A stretch of 64,000 bases of DNA, from positions 64,001 through 128,000 of the forward strand of contig CAWGKG010000023.1 of assembly GCA_963823035.1 (NCBI GenBank). Reading direction: 5' to 3'. Both the position numbers and the translations under genes were made by a program. Positions within the stretch are counted from its first letter, which is position 1, and every line of letters starts with the position of its first letter. The notes beneath the pieces are model-generated. The model was not told the DNA's origin. It saw only the letters and a program-made list of their open reading frames with translations, and made no database searches. The DNA is from an uncultured Gemmatimonadales bacterium (GTDB lineage Bacteria; Gemmatimonadota; Gemmatimonadetes; Longimicrobiales; Gaopeijiaceae). Of the stretch, positions 24,001-34,111 are shown in pieces.

Positions 24001-24266
24001 CGCTCAGTGGCGACGCGAGCGTCGCGCGCCGGCAGTTCGAGACGCCGACCTCCATCCTGGGGCGGATCGGCGGCACCGTGTACGCGTCCTACTCGGGGAC
24101 CTCTGCGCCCAGCCCCGCGCAGCGCGACCAGCTGCGCATCGCCGTGCAGCAGTTCCGCACGGTGGAGCCCGAAGTCGCCTCCCTGCTGCGGGCGCTCGAA
24201 GCGCTCGAGGCACGTCTCGAGGCGGCGGGCGCACCGTACACGCCGGGGCGACGCATCGGAGGATAG
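21006..24266 (+). CDS. BNR/Asp-box repeat (VPS10/sortilin-like) glycosyl hydrolase-like secreted protein
   Basis: Signal peptide; REIGPAITSGRI, many SxDGGxxW Asp-box repeats (KSVDGGRSW, KTTDGGATW, RSDDRGDSW), GGTQDN, GGDGF, ATFGRGFWVLDD. Confidence 0.85.
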   Translation: MRMHSRALLALATLAVASPVHAQDSLFTAANFRGMALREIGPAITSGRIVDFAVRADDPATWFVGSAAGGVWKTDNDGTTFTPVFGDQGSYSIGVVEIDPSDPYVVWVGTGENNAQRAVAYGDGVYKSVDGGRSWKRMGLEHSEHIGRILVHPEDGDVVYVAAQGPLWSAGGDRGLYKTTDGGATWTRILEVDENTGVNDVVMDPRDPDVLYASTWQRRRHVWTYIGGGPGSALYKSTDAGATWTKVTAGIPSGDVGRIGLCVSPADPDYVYAIVETGDERGGFFRSTDRGGSFQKRGGYSTSGNYYSEIFCDRFDRDRVVAMDVWAQVTEDGGAHWGRFGEQSKHVDNHALWQDPNDPDHYLNGNDGGVYESWDRARTWQFKANLPVTQFYKVALDEDRPFYNVYGGTQDNFSLGGPSRTTSQHGIVNADWEITNGGDGFESQVDPTDPNIVYAQSQYGGLVRYDKASGEIVPIQPQEGAGEPGLRWQWDAPLLISPHAHTRLYHAANIVFRSDDRGDSWRAISPDLSRRLDRNTFPVMGKVWSVDAVAKNQSTTIYGNVVSLDESPVREDLLWVGTDDGLIQVTEDAGGAWRRIESFPGVPERTYVNMVLASRHDAATAYAAFNNHKNGDFKPYLLKTTDMGRSWRSIASNLPERGSVYSIAEDPEVPELLFVGTEFGVYFTRDGGAHWVELTGGGFPTIAVRDLAIQTRENDLVLATFGRGFWVLDDYTPLRTATADVLAKPAHIFPTRDALAYIPSRRLGLNDKSFQGEAYFTAENPPFGAVFTWWLKDGIQTLEEQRQAREAAREKAGQPVAYPTFEEMRAEDQEQDPYLLITIRDSGGDVVRRLRTAAAQGIHRIAWDLRYPPMAPVDLGPPGEPNPFSEPDVGPFVVPGTYTVSMSRVVDGEPETLVEPVSFDVRSLDNATLTAQDKAALLAFQKEVGEAQRDIVAASRRLGEASDRLRPITEAIRLTPSLPESTLAEVRALERRIAEIRITLSGDASVARRQFETPTSILGRIGGTVYASYSGTSAPSPAQRDQLRIAVQQFRTVEPEVASLLRALEALEARLEAAGAPYTPGRRIGG

Positions 24267-24275
24267 GGAGAACGC

Positions 24276-24306
24276 CGTGGGGAGGGGGCGCAGCCCCCTC
24301 CCCACG
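24276..24306. terminator. Perfect 14-bp stem hairpin between convergent genes
   Basis: cgtggggagggggc-gca-gccccctccccacg between the stops at 24266 (+) and about 24322 (-); no U-tract. Confidence 0.55.
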
Positions 24307-24321
24307 CATGCCGTGCGCTGC

Positions 24322-25495
24322 CTACCAGGCCGCCATGCCGTTGGCCGTGGCGGGGAGGCCCGCCTGCGCCCGGCAAGCGCCGTGAGGCTGCCGTCGGCGT
24401 TCTCGCGGAAGGCGCTCACCGAGGAGAGACCGGCGGTGAGCACGTAGAGGTACCGCCCGTTGTTCGAGAACGCGGCGTCGAGCGGGGTGCTGCCGGCGCC
24501 GGTGTCCCCCGTCACGCCGTCGTCGTCGAGGAGCTCGAGGTTGCCGCGGAAGCCCACGCGCACGCCCGAGATGGTGCCGCTGCCGCCGTTCGTGGAGTAC
24601 GCGTAGCGGCCGTTCTTCGAGACGACGATCCAGCACGCTGCGGTCTCGGTCGTCGGGACCGCGCCGTCGAGCACGTGCACCGAGCCGTCCCGCCACACGC
24701 GGTAGGACGACACGGTGCTGGCGTCGGGCGCGCCCACCGAACGCCTCCGAGACGATGAGGATCCCTGCGCGGTCGAAGGCGAAGCCGAAGGGCGTCTCGC
24801 CCGCCGCGGGGGTGGACGTCGGCCCGGACGCCCAACCGCGACGGCCGACCGTGTAGGTCGTGATCATGTTCGTGCCCTTCTCCGTCACGGCCAGCACGCG
24901 CCCGTCGGGCGAGAAGCCGATCTGCGCCGGTCCCACCGCGTCGCCGCTGAGCGGACGGCTCGATCCGGAGATGGGGTGCAACGAGCCGTCGTGGCCGAGG
25001 CGCAGCGCGCTGATGCTGTTCGGCGTGCCGCCGTTGAGGACGTAGACGAGGTCGCCGTGCACGGTCACGCTGATCGGCTGGTCGCCGCCGGAGGGCGCCC
25101 GGTCGGCCAGGACGAGCCCGTGTGGGGTCACGCGCAGCGAGGAGACGTCGTCCGAGCCGGGGTTCACCACGAGGAGCCAACGCCCGTTGTCGGTGAGCGC
25201 CAGCGCCCCCTGGTTTCCCAGGCCGGCGCCGGTGCCGTCGCCGCCCGTGGCCACCGGGTCCGCCGCGGTCAGGGAGCCGTCCGCGGCCCGCTCGAACACC
25301 AGGACCTCGTTCGGGCCGGCCGCGTTGCTCATGAGGTAGACGGCGCCCGGCCGTCCGATGGTAGAAGTCGGTCCGGCCGTTCTCCGCGGTGACGGTCTCG
25401 GGCGCGTCGGGTGCCACCGGGTCGGTGGCGTCGGCGCAGGCCGCCGACAGGAGGGCCGCGAGGCCCAGGATCGAACCGAGGGTCGATCGTCTCAT
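24322..25495 (-). CDS. Lactonase-family (6-phosphogluconolactonase-like) 7-bladed beta-propeller lipoprotein; frameshifts near 25345, 24735 and at the C-terminus
   Basis: Lipobox LLSAAC; repeats LLVVNPGSDDVS, VYVLNGG, FSPDGRVLAVTE, NGRYAYSTNGGSGTIS, FSNNGRYLYVL. Confidence 0.75.
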
Positions 25496-25641
25496 GGGGA
25501 TGACCTCCTCCGTGGGTGCTTGAAGCTCTCGAGCCGGTCTTCGTCGGTTGGCGAAGGCCGTGGGAGGTCAGTCGTGCAATGCGTGCGCCCCGCGGGCGCG
25601 GGCGGAGGCACAGCACCGAAGCTCCTGGGACACAAAGCGTT

Positions 25642-25667
25642 GGGGGCGCGGACCGGTCCGCGCCCCC
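25642..25667. terminator. Perfect 26-bp palindrome downstream of the metalloprotease gene
   Basis: gggggcgcggacc|ggtccgcgccccc, intergenic between two minus-strand genes. Confidence 0.45.
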
Positions 25668-25746
25668 TGTTTCATGCAACGCCGTGTTCCGTCCCGCGGG
25701 GGTATGTGGAACGTTTCACCCCGCGTCGCGGCGCCCTCCCCGGTGC

Positions 25747-28330
25747 CTACCGTCCGCCCTCCCCGCTCCCCTTCCCCTCGAGCGCGTCGGCGATCCGATG
25801 CCGGAGGTCGTCGAGGTGGGCGCGCGTCATCCCCGAGGTGCGTGGCCACGCCGCCGCGATCTGGGCGTCCAACGCCTTCAGCTCCGAGCGTACCGACGCG
25901 TAGATGTCGGACAGCTCAGGATCGAGGCTCGGCCGCTGAGGCCCGAAGGAGAAACGGGCGGCGTTCGGGTTGGGCGGCGGCGGGTTGATCTTCTCGTCGA
26001 GCATGTCGACGTACGCCCGCTGCAGCGCACGACGGTAGACGTCGATCGTGCGACCGCCCGCCAGCTCGCCGAAGAGGCCTGCGCGCACGTCGGCCAGCAA
26101 CTCGAGCGGCGTGTAGCCCCGGCCACCCCCCAACTCCTGCGGCGTACTCGCTCATGCGCATCAGCCGATCGTTGCGCAGGAGGGACGAGAGGATGCCCGA
26201 CTGGGCCGCGGAGATGCGCTGCACCGAGCCGGTAGGCTCGATACGCCGCAGGATCTCCGGGTCGAGGAGGAAGGTCGGCGTCTGGAAGGCGTTCTCGTTC
26301 AGGAACTTCACCGCGGCCTGCTGTCGGGCGCGTTCCACGGGGGTGAAACGCACGCCCGCCTGGCTGCCGTACTTCTCCTGCGACGCGGCACCCCCGACGA
26401 TGTTCGTGACGTGCGTCAGCTCCGTCCTCCACTGCCCCACCATGCGTCCGTACAGGTTGTCGAGGTCGTCCCACCCCTCGGTGGGCTTCTGGGTGGCCGG
26501 GAGCACCCACGCCATCTCGCGCTTCAGGTTGGCGATCCCGAGCTCGGTGGCGCGCACGGCGTCCTGGTCGCCCACCGCCTCGGTCTCCTCGCCGGGATCG
26601 CTCCCCGCGCTGCCCGCGGTGGAGAAGCGCAGCCACGGCTTGGTGTCCTGCTCGCGGGCCCACGCGTCGAGGGTCGGGCGTTCCGCCTCGGCGGTCGCGG
26701 CCTGCGGGATGGGCTTGTAGCCCCACATCGTCGCCCACTTGTCGTAGGGCCCGATGCCCGGAGTGAGCAGCTCCACGGGGATGTGGTCGTCGGGCTGCGC
26801 CACGTAGTTGAAGCGCGAGTAGTCCATCAGCGTCGGCGTGTGCCCCCACTCGCGCAGGAACGAGACGCTGCGCAGCGAGTCCACCGGGTACCACGAACTC
26901 GCCTTCATGTTGTGCTGGAAGCCCAGCGTGTGCCCCACCTCGTGCGCGAGCACGTACTCGAGCAGCCGGCCCATCAGCTCGTCCGGGAAGGGGAACATCC
27001 GCGCCCGCGGGTCGTTGGCGGCCGCCTGCGTGAAGTACCACGTCAGCTGCAGCCGCTGCACGTTCTGGTAGAACTGGATGTGCGCGTTCAGGATCTCGCC
27101 CGAGCGCGGATCGTGCACGTGCGGACCCGAGGCGTTCTCCACCGTGGAAGGCAGCCAGCGCACCACGGAATAGCGGGCATCCTCCGGCGACCAGTCGGGA
27201 TCGTCGGGCGCCTCCTTCGCGACGATGGCGTTGCTGAAGCCCGCCGCCTCGAACGCGGGCTGCCAGTCCTCGATCGCCTTCTTGAACCAGGGGACCCACT
27301 TCTTCGGCGTGGCCGGATCGATGTAGTAGACGATCGGCTTCACCGGATCCGAGATCGCCGCGCTCGGGTCCTTCTTCTCCAGCCGGTAGCGGGTGATGAA
27401 GCAGTGCCCCTTCACCTGCTGACCCACGTCCGTGTAGTCCGTGAAGCGCACGGAGAAGTACCCCACCCGGTCGTCGCACAGGCGGGGCTTCATCGGCACG
27501 TCCGGAAGGCGGTGGAAGCTCCAGCTCATGACGACCGTGTTGGACGGGTTGTCGTTCTGCGTCACGCCGAAGCGGGCGGGTGCCGGCGCGGCGGCACCTG
27601 CCCGCGGCGGCGTCTGCGCGAACGTGAGGGTGGAGTAGACGTTGACGTTGTCGGGGAACGGCGTAGCCCGCTCGATCCAGGAGCGTCCGGCGTCCACGTT
27701 CCCCGGGATGCGGCGGCCCGGACCGAGCTCGGCGGGCGGCTGCGTGAAGAGCCGCGTCACGTCGATCACGACGGCGCTGTCCGCCCCGTACGCCTCGACG
27801 TTGAAGTCGGCCACGATCGGGGGCGTGTTCGCTGCCTCCACCGCGCGGTACTCGGGGGTCGTGGAGTCCGCCATCGCCTCGTAGGAGACGGCGCGCAGGT
27901 AGACGCGGTCGTCGCGGAGCTGCCAGCGGTACACGCCGTTGCTCACCGACTGGCCGCCGTACCCGGAGCCGAGCACGGTCTTCGCGATCTCGATCACGAG
28001 CAGCTCGTCCTTGTCGAGCTGGCTCCGCGGGATCTCGAACATCAGCTTCGAGCCGATGCGGTGCACGCCGAACATCCCCGGGCGCGACTGGGCTTCGTCC
28101 GTGATGACCTGGCTGTACGGGCGGGGGTTCGGCTCGGCCGCCGCACCCGCCCCGCCGCGCCCGGGGGCACCGCGCGCGCCGCCTGCCTCCCCTCCCGGAG
28201 GACCAGCGGCCTCGGGTCGCGCCGCTCCGGCGCGGGGGCCCGCGGGGGCCGGGGCTTCGGGGGGCGCCTGGCGCGTGCATCCGGCCAGGACGAGGAGCGT
28301 GATCAGGGCACCGATCGTCGACTTGTTCAT
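25747..28330 (-). CDS. Zinc-dependent metalloprotease lipoprotein (DUF5117/DUF4953-type, EcxA-like); frameshift near 26135
   Basis: Lipobox VLAGC; DDRVGYF, KPIVYYIDP, IEDWQPAFEAAGF, DPRSGEIL, AHEVGHTLGFQHN zincin motif, LMDY Met-turn. Confidence 0.85.
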
Positions 28331-28495
28331 GGGATCGCTCGCTGAGGCGTCCGCGGGGCGCCCCCTGGACGCCTCCGCGCCCGGCGGGCTTCCCGATCGG
28401 CCAAGTTGCCGCGGGCCGGCCCGACGAACCCGGCCAACGTCCCTGTCGGCCGGCGGGCTGTCAAGCGGCCCGCCGGCCTCTCCCCGACCGACCGC

Positions 28496-28894
28496 CTACG
28501 CGGCCCCGCCGTCCTCCCCCGCGAGCATGAGGCGCCAGCGCAGCTGAAGCGCGAACCAGACCACGCCCGCGAGACCCAGGATCAGCGCCCCGGCCGCGGT
28601 GCTGGTCAGCGCGACCTTCATGCCACCCCAGACGAGGCGCGGGTCCACCTCGGCCGCCTGCTCGATCGACTGCGCCGCGACGATCACGCCGACCACCGTG
28701 CCGAGCACACCGGCGACGAAGGCGAAGCCCCCCCAGAAGAGGACCGCGTCGATCCAGGCCTTGGTGCGCAGGTCGGCCGTGGCGCCGGGCCGGTACAGGC
28801 GCATCGCGGACCACAGCGACAGACCCGCCACCGCGAGGAAGGCGAAGAGCAGCGGATAGTGGATGTAGCCCATTTCCTGCCAGATCCGACCCAT
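28496..28894 (-). CDS. Small MotA/TolQ/ExbB proton-channel-like membrane protein
   Basis: Three TM helices with GVLGTVVGVI and GGMKVALTSTAAG motifs. Confidence 0.6.
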   Translation of the reverse strand: MGRIWQEMGYIHYPLLFAFLAVAGLSLWSAMRLYRPGATADLRTKAWIDAVLFWGGFAFVAGVLGTVVGVIVAAQSIEQAAEVDPRLVWGGMKVALTSTAAGALILGLAGVVWFALQLRWRLMLAGEDGGAA

Positions 28895-28924
28895 CGTGAC
28901 ACTCCGTGTTGCGAGAGATCCTTC

Positions 28925-29677
28925 CTATCGATCGAGGCCCAGCACGTCCCGGCGGGCAGCCTTCACCGCTCCCAGCCAATGCGTCAGCACGAACCACGTC
29001 AGCGCGCCGGCCGCGGCGACGAGGATCGCGACCGCGACGAGCGCGCACACGCGCAGGAGCGTGGGCACGAGGAGCTGGCCCGAGAGCTCGGGAGCCCGCT
29101 CGAGGGTCGCGGCCAGCCCGTAGACGTCCACGAACGCACCCACCCCACCCACGACGAGCGCGAGGACGGAGACGCCCACGATGGCTCCGAGCCCCCGGTC
29201 CGGCGTGCGATGGTCGCGCTTGATCCACACCTCGAACGCCTTCCCGACCACGAGGGCGCCGAGCACCCCACCGAGGACGAGGACGGCCCAGAGGAACGGC
29301 GACGGGTCGCCGAGGAAGTCGGAGCGCAGCACGGCCAGCGTCTCCAGCACCAGGACCGAGGCCGTCGCCAGGGCGAAGATCGAGCGCTCACCGAGCCGGA
29401 GGCGCCGCTCGGCCACGCCCTCCGTGAGCCGCTGGTACAGCGGTGCGTGCAGCCGGCCCAACTCGCGGAGGGAGCCACCGTCGGGCACGAGCGCCTCCAG
29501 CGCCCTCGCCTCGGCCTCTGCCGGGGTCAGCCCCGTCGCGATGTAGCGCTCGCGAAGTCCCTCCAGGTCGTGCTCGAGCTCGCGCAGGATGCGAAGGCGC
29601 TCCGGAATCGGGGCGGTCAGCTCGCGCTCGAGCGTGCGCAGGACCGGGAGGAATCGGCGCGTGGCGGCCGTGCTCAT
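28925..29677 (-). CDS. Membrane protein with N-terminal helical (HAAS/permease-prefix-like) domain, PadR-associated
   Basis: RLRILRELEHDLE...GLTPAEAEARALE followed by four TM helices; ATGA overlap with the PadR gene. Confidence 0.55.
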   Translation of the reverse strand: MSTAATRRFLPVLRTLERELTAPIPERLRILRELEHDLEGLRERYIATGLTPAEAEARALEALVPDGGSLRELGRLHAPLYQRLTEGVAERRLRLGERSIFALATASVLVLETLAVLRSDFLGDPSPFLWAVLVLGGVLGALVVGKAFEVWIKRDHRTPDRGLGAIVGVSVLALVVGGVGAFVDVYGLAATLERAPELSGQLLVPTLLRVCALVAVAILVAAAGALTWFVLTHWLGAVKAARRDVLGLDR

Positions 29678-30028
29678 ACGGGCGCCTCTCCCGGCCCGCG
29701 GAGGAGCTGCATGAGTCGGGAGACGATCTCCTGCACGCGCCCCGTCTCTCCCTGGAGATGGCGCCTTCCCGCGCCCGTCAGGGCGTAGACCTTCTTGCGA
29801 CGTCCGCCCTCACGCGACCACGAACCGCCGATCAGCCCCTCCTCCTCCAGGCGGTGGAGGATCGGATAGAGGGTCCCGTGACGGAACCGGAAGAGCCCGT
29901 TGCTCTCCTCCTCCACGTCGAGCGCGATCTGGTACCCGTGCTTGGGCCCCGGCCCGCAGCGTGGAGAGCACGAGGAGCTGGTGGATGTCGCGCGCGAACG
30001 CCTGCACGTCGAAGTCGGTCTCGGGCAT
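29674..30028 (-). CDS. PadR-family transcriptional regulator; frameshift near 29950
   Basis: LLVLSTL / PKHGYQIA...GTLYPILHRLEEEGLI...RRKKVYALTGAGR. Confidence 0.85.
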
Positions 30029-30053
30029 AGGGGGCCTCGGATGTGCGAGCTTG

Positions 30054-30074
30054 TATATCGACGCCCATCATATA
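30054..30074. promoter_or_regulatory. AT-rich TATAT-N11-ATATA inverted repeat upstream of padR (candidate operator/-10 region)
   Basis: Rare AT-rich patch in GC-rich DNA about 25 bp upstream of the padR start; a TTGCGC -35-like hexamer lies at plausible spacing on the minus strand. Confidence 0.3.
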
Positions 30075-30202
30075 GAGTGCCGTCACATGCTTGCGCAAGG
30101 GTCATGGTGGGCCGCCCCCGGGAGACGGGGAACTCCTTCCTGCTTTCCCCCGTAGGGGCCGGTAGCCGTCCGTATCGAAAACCCAGCCTCAGGAGCCCCG
30201 CC

Positions 30203-31238
30203 GTGCGCCCCCGCGTTCAGCTCGCCTCCCTGCTCGTGTTCGCGTCCCTCCTCGCCTCCACGCTCACGACCTCCCGACCGCTCGCCGCGCAGGGCATCAA
30301 GCTCGCCGTGGGCGATGTCGGGCTCGGGATCGGCGACGTGCCGAGGCTGGACGGCATCCGTCTGAATTTCCGCGACGACCGCATCGAGCTCGTGCGCGGC
30401 CTGAACGCGACCATCTGGACGCCCTACGAGCATGCGCGACGGCGTCGTGAGGGGCATCGCGCTCGGTCTTCCGCTCACCGGCGCCGCCGAGATGAGCGGT
30501 CTGGCGCTCGGGGCCGGCGTGGGCGTGGACCGGGACTTCTCGGGCATCGCGGTGACCGGCATCGGCTTCGGCGCCGGTGGTGGCATCACCGGCATCGCCG
30601 TCGGTGGCGTGGGCCTGGGCACGGGCGGTGACATCAAGGGGCTCGCCGTGGGTGGCGTGGGGGCGGGCGCCGGCGGGGACATCTCCGGGGTCCTGATCGG
30701 TGGGGTCGGCGTCGGGGCGGGCGGAAACCTGAAGGGAGTCGCCATCGGCGGGGTCGGGCTGGGCGCGAGCGGCGACCTGACGGGGCTGGCGCTGGGGGGC
30801 GTGGGCGTCGGGGCGGGCGGCAACGTGAAGGGCATCCTGATCGGCGGTGTGGGCGTGGGAGCGGGCGGCGACGTGACCGGCATCACGATCGGCGGCGTGG
30901 GCGTCGGAGCGGGTGGTGAGCTGAAGGGGCTGGCCATCGGCGGCGTGGGCGTCGGCGCGCCCCGTATCACCGGGGTGGCGATCGCGGGCTTCGGCGCGGG
31001 CGGCGAGGAGGTGCGTGGGCTGGTGATCGCGCCCGCATGGTTCCGGGTCGAGGAGACCGGCTACGTCCGCGGCGTGTCGGTGAGCGCGTTCAACGACGTC
31101 CGCGGGGCCCAGTACGGGCTGTCGATCGGGCTGCTCAACATCGCCGACGAGCTGCACGGACTGCAGGTGGGCATCCTGAACATCGCCCGCAACAAGGACT
31201 CCTTCAGCGTCCTTCCGCTGCTGAACTGGCACCGGTGA
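30203..31238 (+). CDS. Secreted glycine-rich repeat protein (LA_2272-like beta-solenoid repeats); frameshift near 30430
   Basis: Signal peptide; tandem 16-aa repeats; C-terminal GLSIGLLNIADELHGLQVGILNIA...LPLLNWH typical of this repeat family. Confidence 0.65.
30537..30968 (+). repeat. About nine 48-bp (16-aa) tandem coding repeats, consensus xxGhxhGGVGhGAGGD
   Basis: ITGIAVGGVGLGTGGD / IKGLAVGGVGAGAGGD / ISGVLIGGVGVGAGGN / LKGVAIGGVGLGASGD etc. Confidence 0.8.
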
Positions 31239-31486
31239 CGTAGGCTCGCGCGCCCGGCGCCGGCGCCGGAGAGGATACCGCAGCATAGCCGCGTCACCTC
31301 CCCGGGGCCGCCCGCGGCCCGTGGGGCCTCAAGTTCAGGTCCGTCCCGACCGAGACTCCAGTCAATACCGACACCATGGGCTCAGGCGCGTCGGGGACCT
31401 GCGGATCGGGCGCGCGGACGAGGCCGTCGACGCAGTCCTTCGGAGAGGGACGAGATGGCGAACAGAGGGCTGCGCCCAGCGAAGCC

Positions 31487-31816
31487 ATGAGAACGCTCAG
31501 CGTCAAGCAGAAGATGGTGCTCATCCCGGTCCTGATCTCCGTGGGAGGTCTGGCCGCGCTGGTCGTGATCCTCATCTTCGGCCGACTCAGCGCGGAGGGG
31601 ATCACGCAGATCGAGACGGACTACTATCCCGCGCTCGAGCTGAGCCACGATCCGGAGGCCTCCCTCGAGAAGGTCCAGCGGTCGATGCAGGACGCGGTCG
31701 CCGCCATGGCCGTCGGCAGCACCGCGGAAGGCGTCGGCCAGCTGGAATCCTCGGCGGGTGACCTCGCGGGCGTCGCTGGCAGGCTGGACGAGCTCGTCGG
31801 CGCCTTCAACCTCTAG
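31487..31816 (+). pseudogene. Collapsed methyl-accepting chemotaxis protein (N-terminus joined to extreme C-terminus)
   Basis: LSVKQKM + TM1 + ITQIETDYYPALEL (four-helix sensor start), then directly VGQLESSAGDLAGVAGRLDELVGAFNL (typical MCP C-terminus); about 109 aa. Confidence 0.55.
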
Positions 31817-31831
31817 ACGAGACGATACTCC

Positions 31832-34081
31832 GTGGCCGGCACATCCCTCGCGCAGCGACTCTTCTCGGGCTCATTCCGATGCCGCATCGGAATCCTGCTC
31901 GCGAGCCTCGTCGTCGTCGGGGCGGTGGCGCTGTACGTCGCGGTCCCGGCGATCCTGGGGCGCTACGCCGAGCAAGCCCTCGAGGACAAGGCCCTCTCCA
32001 TCGCGACGATGTCGGCCCACCTGATCGCGCCGGACGTGCAGTGCCGGAGCCTTCGACCAGGTCCGGGCCGACCTCGAGCTGGCCAGCTCGCCGCGCGAGG
32101 TCCGGGCGATGCGGGTGGTGTCCGGCGAGCGCGTGCTCGCGGAAACGGTCGCCGGCTCCGGCCGCTCGAGCGCATCGGTTCGGCAGTTCTCCATCCCGGT
32201 CACCGACACCGCAGGGGACGTGCTCGCACGATTGGACGTCTTCGTCTCCACGGAGAGCGTGGCGAGCGAGGTGGCCCGCCTGCGGTGGACCATGGCGGGC
32301 TACAGCGTCGTGTTCCTGATCCTCGGTCTCGTGGCCATCAGGGTGCTGACGGACCGCCTCACCCGTCCCCTCGCGTGCATGGTCGAGGTGGCCCAGCACA
32401 TCGCGGACGGCGATCTCTCCCAGCGGGCACAGCCCTCGTCGATTCCGGATGTCGCGCGACTGGCGAGCAGCTTCAACCAGATGGTCGAGCGACTCCAGGC
32501 CAGCCAGGCGCTCCTCGAGAACATCCTGGAGGGACTCCCGGCGCCGGTGGCGCTCTTCGACGCGGACCTGCGGTGCGTCTATCACAACCGGGCCGCACTG
32601 GGGTGGCCCGCCCGACCCGAGCCGGAGCCCCGCGATCCTTCGCTCTTCTGGGAACGGCTGCCCGCGTCACCGGAGGCGCTGACGCGCATGAAGCGTGGGT
32701 CTCCGACGGTCGCTGGAGAGCGGCGTACCCGCGTACATGGAAGAGACCATGCCCGGCCCGCCCGAGCGCACGTATCTCTTCTTCGCCAGCCCGTTCGGCC
32801 AGGGGAGTCAGGCGGGCGTGATCGGGTACGGCGCGAACATCACCGAGCTCAAGGCCGCGCAGAAGGCGCTCGCGCACAGCGAGGAACGCCTCCTGCAGGC
32901 CCAGAAGATGGAGGCGGTGGGGCGCCTCGCAGGCGGCGTGGCGCACGACTTCAACAACCTGCTCACCGTCATCGGCGGCAACGTCGACCTCCTTCGCACG
33001 GAGGCGGGGTACGACCCCGTGCTCGACGAGGTCTCCGAGGCCACCGCACCGCGCGGCCGCGCTCACCGCCCAGCTCCTGGCCTTCAGCCGCAAGCAGGTG
33101 TTGAAGCTCGAGCAGCTCGACGCCGACGAGGTGCTCATCGGTGTGAAGAAGCTGTTGCGCCGCCTGATCGGCGAGGACGTCGAGCTGGTCACGGACTTCG
33201 GCGTGGACGGCCGCCGCTGCGTGACGATGGACCGCGGACAGCTCGGGCAGATCGTCATGAACCTGGCGGTGAACGCCCGCGACGCCATGCCCCACGGTGG
33301 CCGGCTTCTCATCCAGACCCGTCTCACCAGCGAGGGGCCTCCGGGACGCGAGCCCCTCGACGAGCAGGACGAGTGGATCGTCATGGAGATCGCCGACACG
33401 GGCGTCGGGATGGACGCCGAGACGCGCTCGAAGATCTTCGAGCCGTTCTTCACGACGAAGCCGACGGGAGAGGGAACCGGCCTCGGTCTCGCGACCGTGT
33501 ACGCGATCCTCACGGAGGCGTCGGGCGCGATCGACGTGGAGAGCGAGCCCGGCGGCGGCACCACCTTCCGCATCTGGCTGCCCGCCCATCGGCCGGTGTC
33601 GCCCGCTTCCGCCGGCGAGCACGAGGAGGAGTTCTCCGGAACCGAGACGATCCTGGTCGTCGAGGACGAGCCGGCCGTGCGGGCGCTGGTGGCGAGGGTC
33701 CTGGAGCAGATCGGCTACACCGTCCTGACCGTCAACGACCCCATCTCGGCGCTCGCCCATTTCGCGCCCGGGGTCAGTCCGCCCGATCTCCTCCTGACCG
33801 ACGTGGTCCTGCCCGGGATGAACGGGCGGCAGCTCGCCGACCAGCTCCGCCAGAGCGTGGACGGCCTGCGGGTCCTGTTCATGTCGGGCTATACGGACGA
33901 CGCCGTCGTCGTGCGCGGCGTGCTCTCCGAGGAGATGGCGTTCATCCAGAAGCCGTTCAGCCGGGCGAAGCTCGCGCGTGCTGTGCGCGATGCGCTCGAC
34001 GCCCCCCCCGCAGGGACGGGAGGCACGCGTCGGATCCGGCCGTGCGCGCGGTGGTGGGGGGCCCTGGTCGCCACTCCCTGA
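31832..34081 (+). CDS. Hybrid sensor histidine kinase (TM-HAMP-PAS-like-HisKA-HATPase-REC); frameshifts near 32040, 32700 and 33050
   Basis: LTRPL..M...[35 protein letters not shown]-box; [49 protein letters not shown] receiver. Confidence 0.88.
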
Positions 34082-34111
34082 TCGCTCCCGCCAGGGCGGC
34101 GTGACGGCTCC

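Noticed and set aside
30537..30968. Periodic 48-bp repeats as a possible CRISPR array
   Set aside because: In-frame coding repeats with no unique spacers and no cas genes nearby
31390..31486. Possible c-di-GMP riboswitch upstream of the mini-MCP
   Set aside because: Only a loose resemblance (gggacg); the conserved GEMM GNRA/receptor architecture is not evident. An Infernal/Rfam scan would decide
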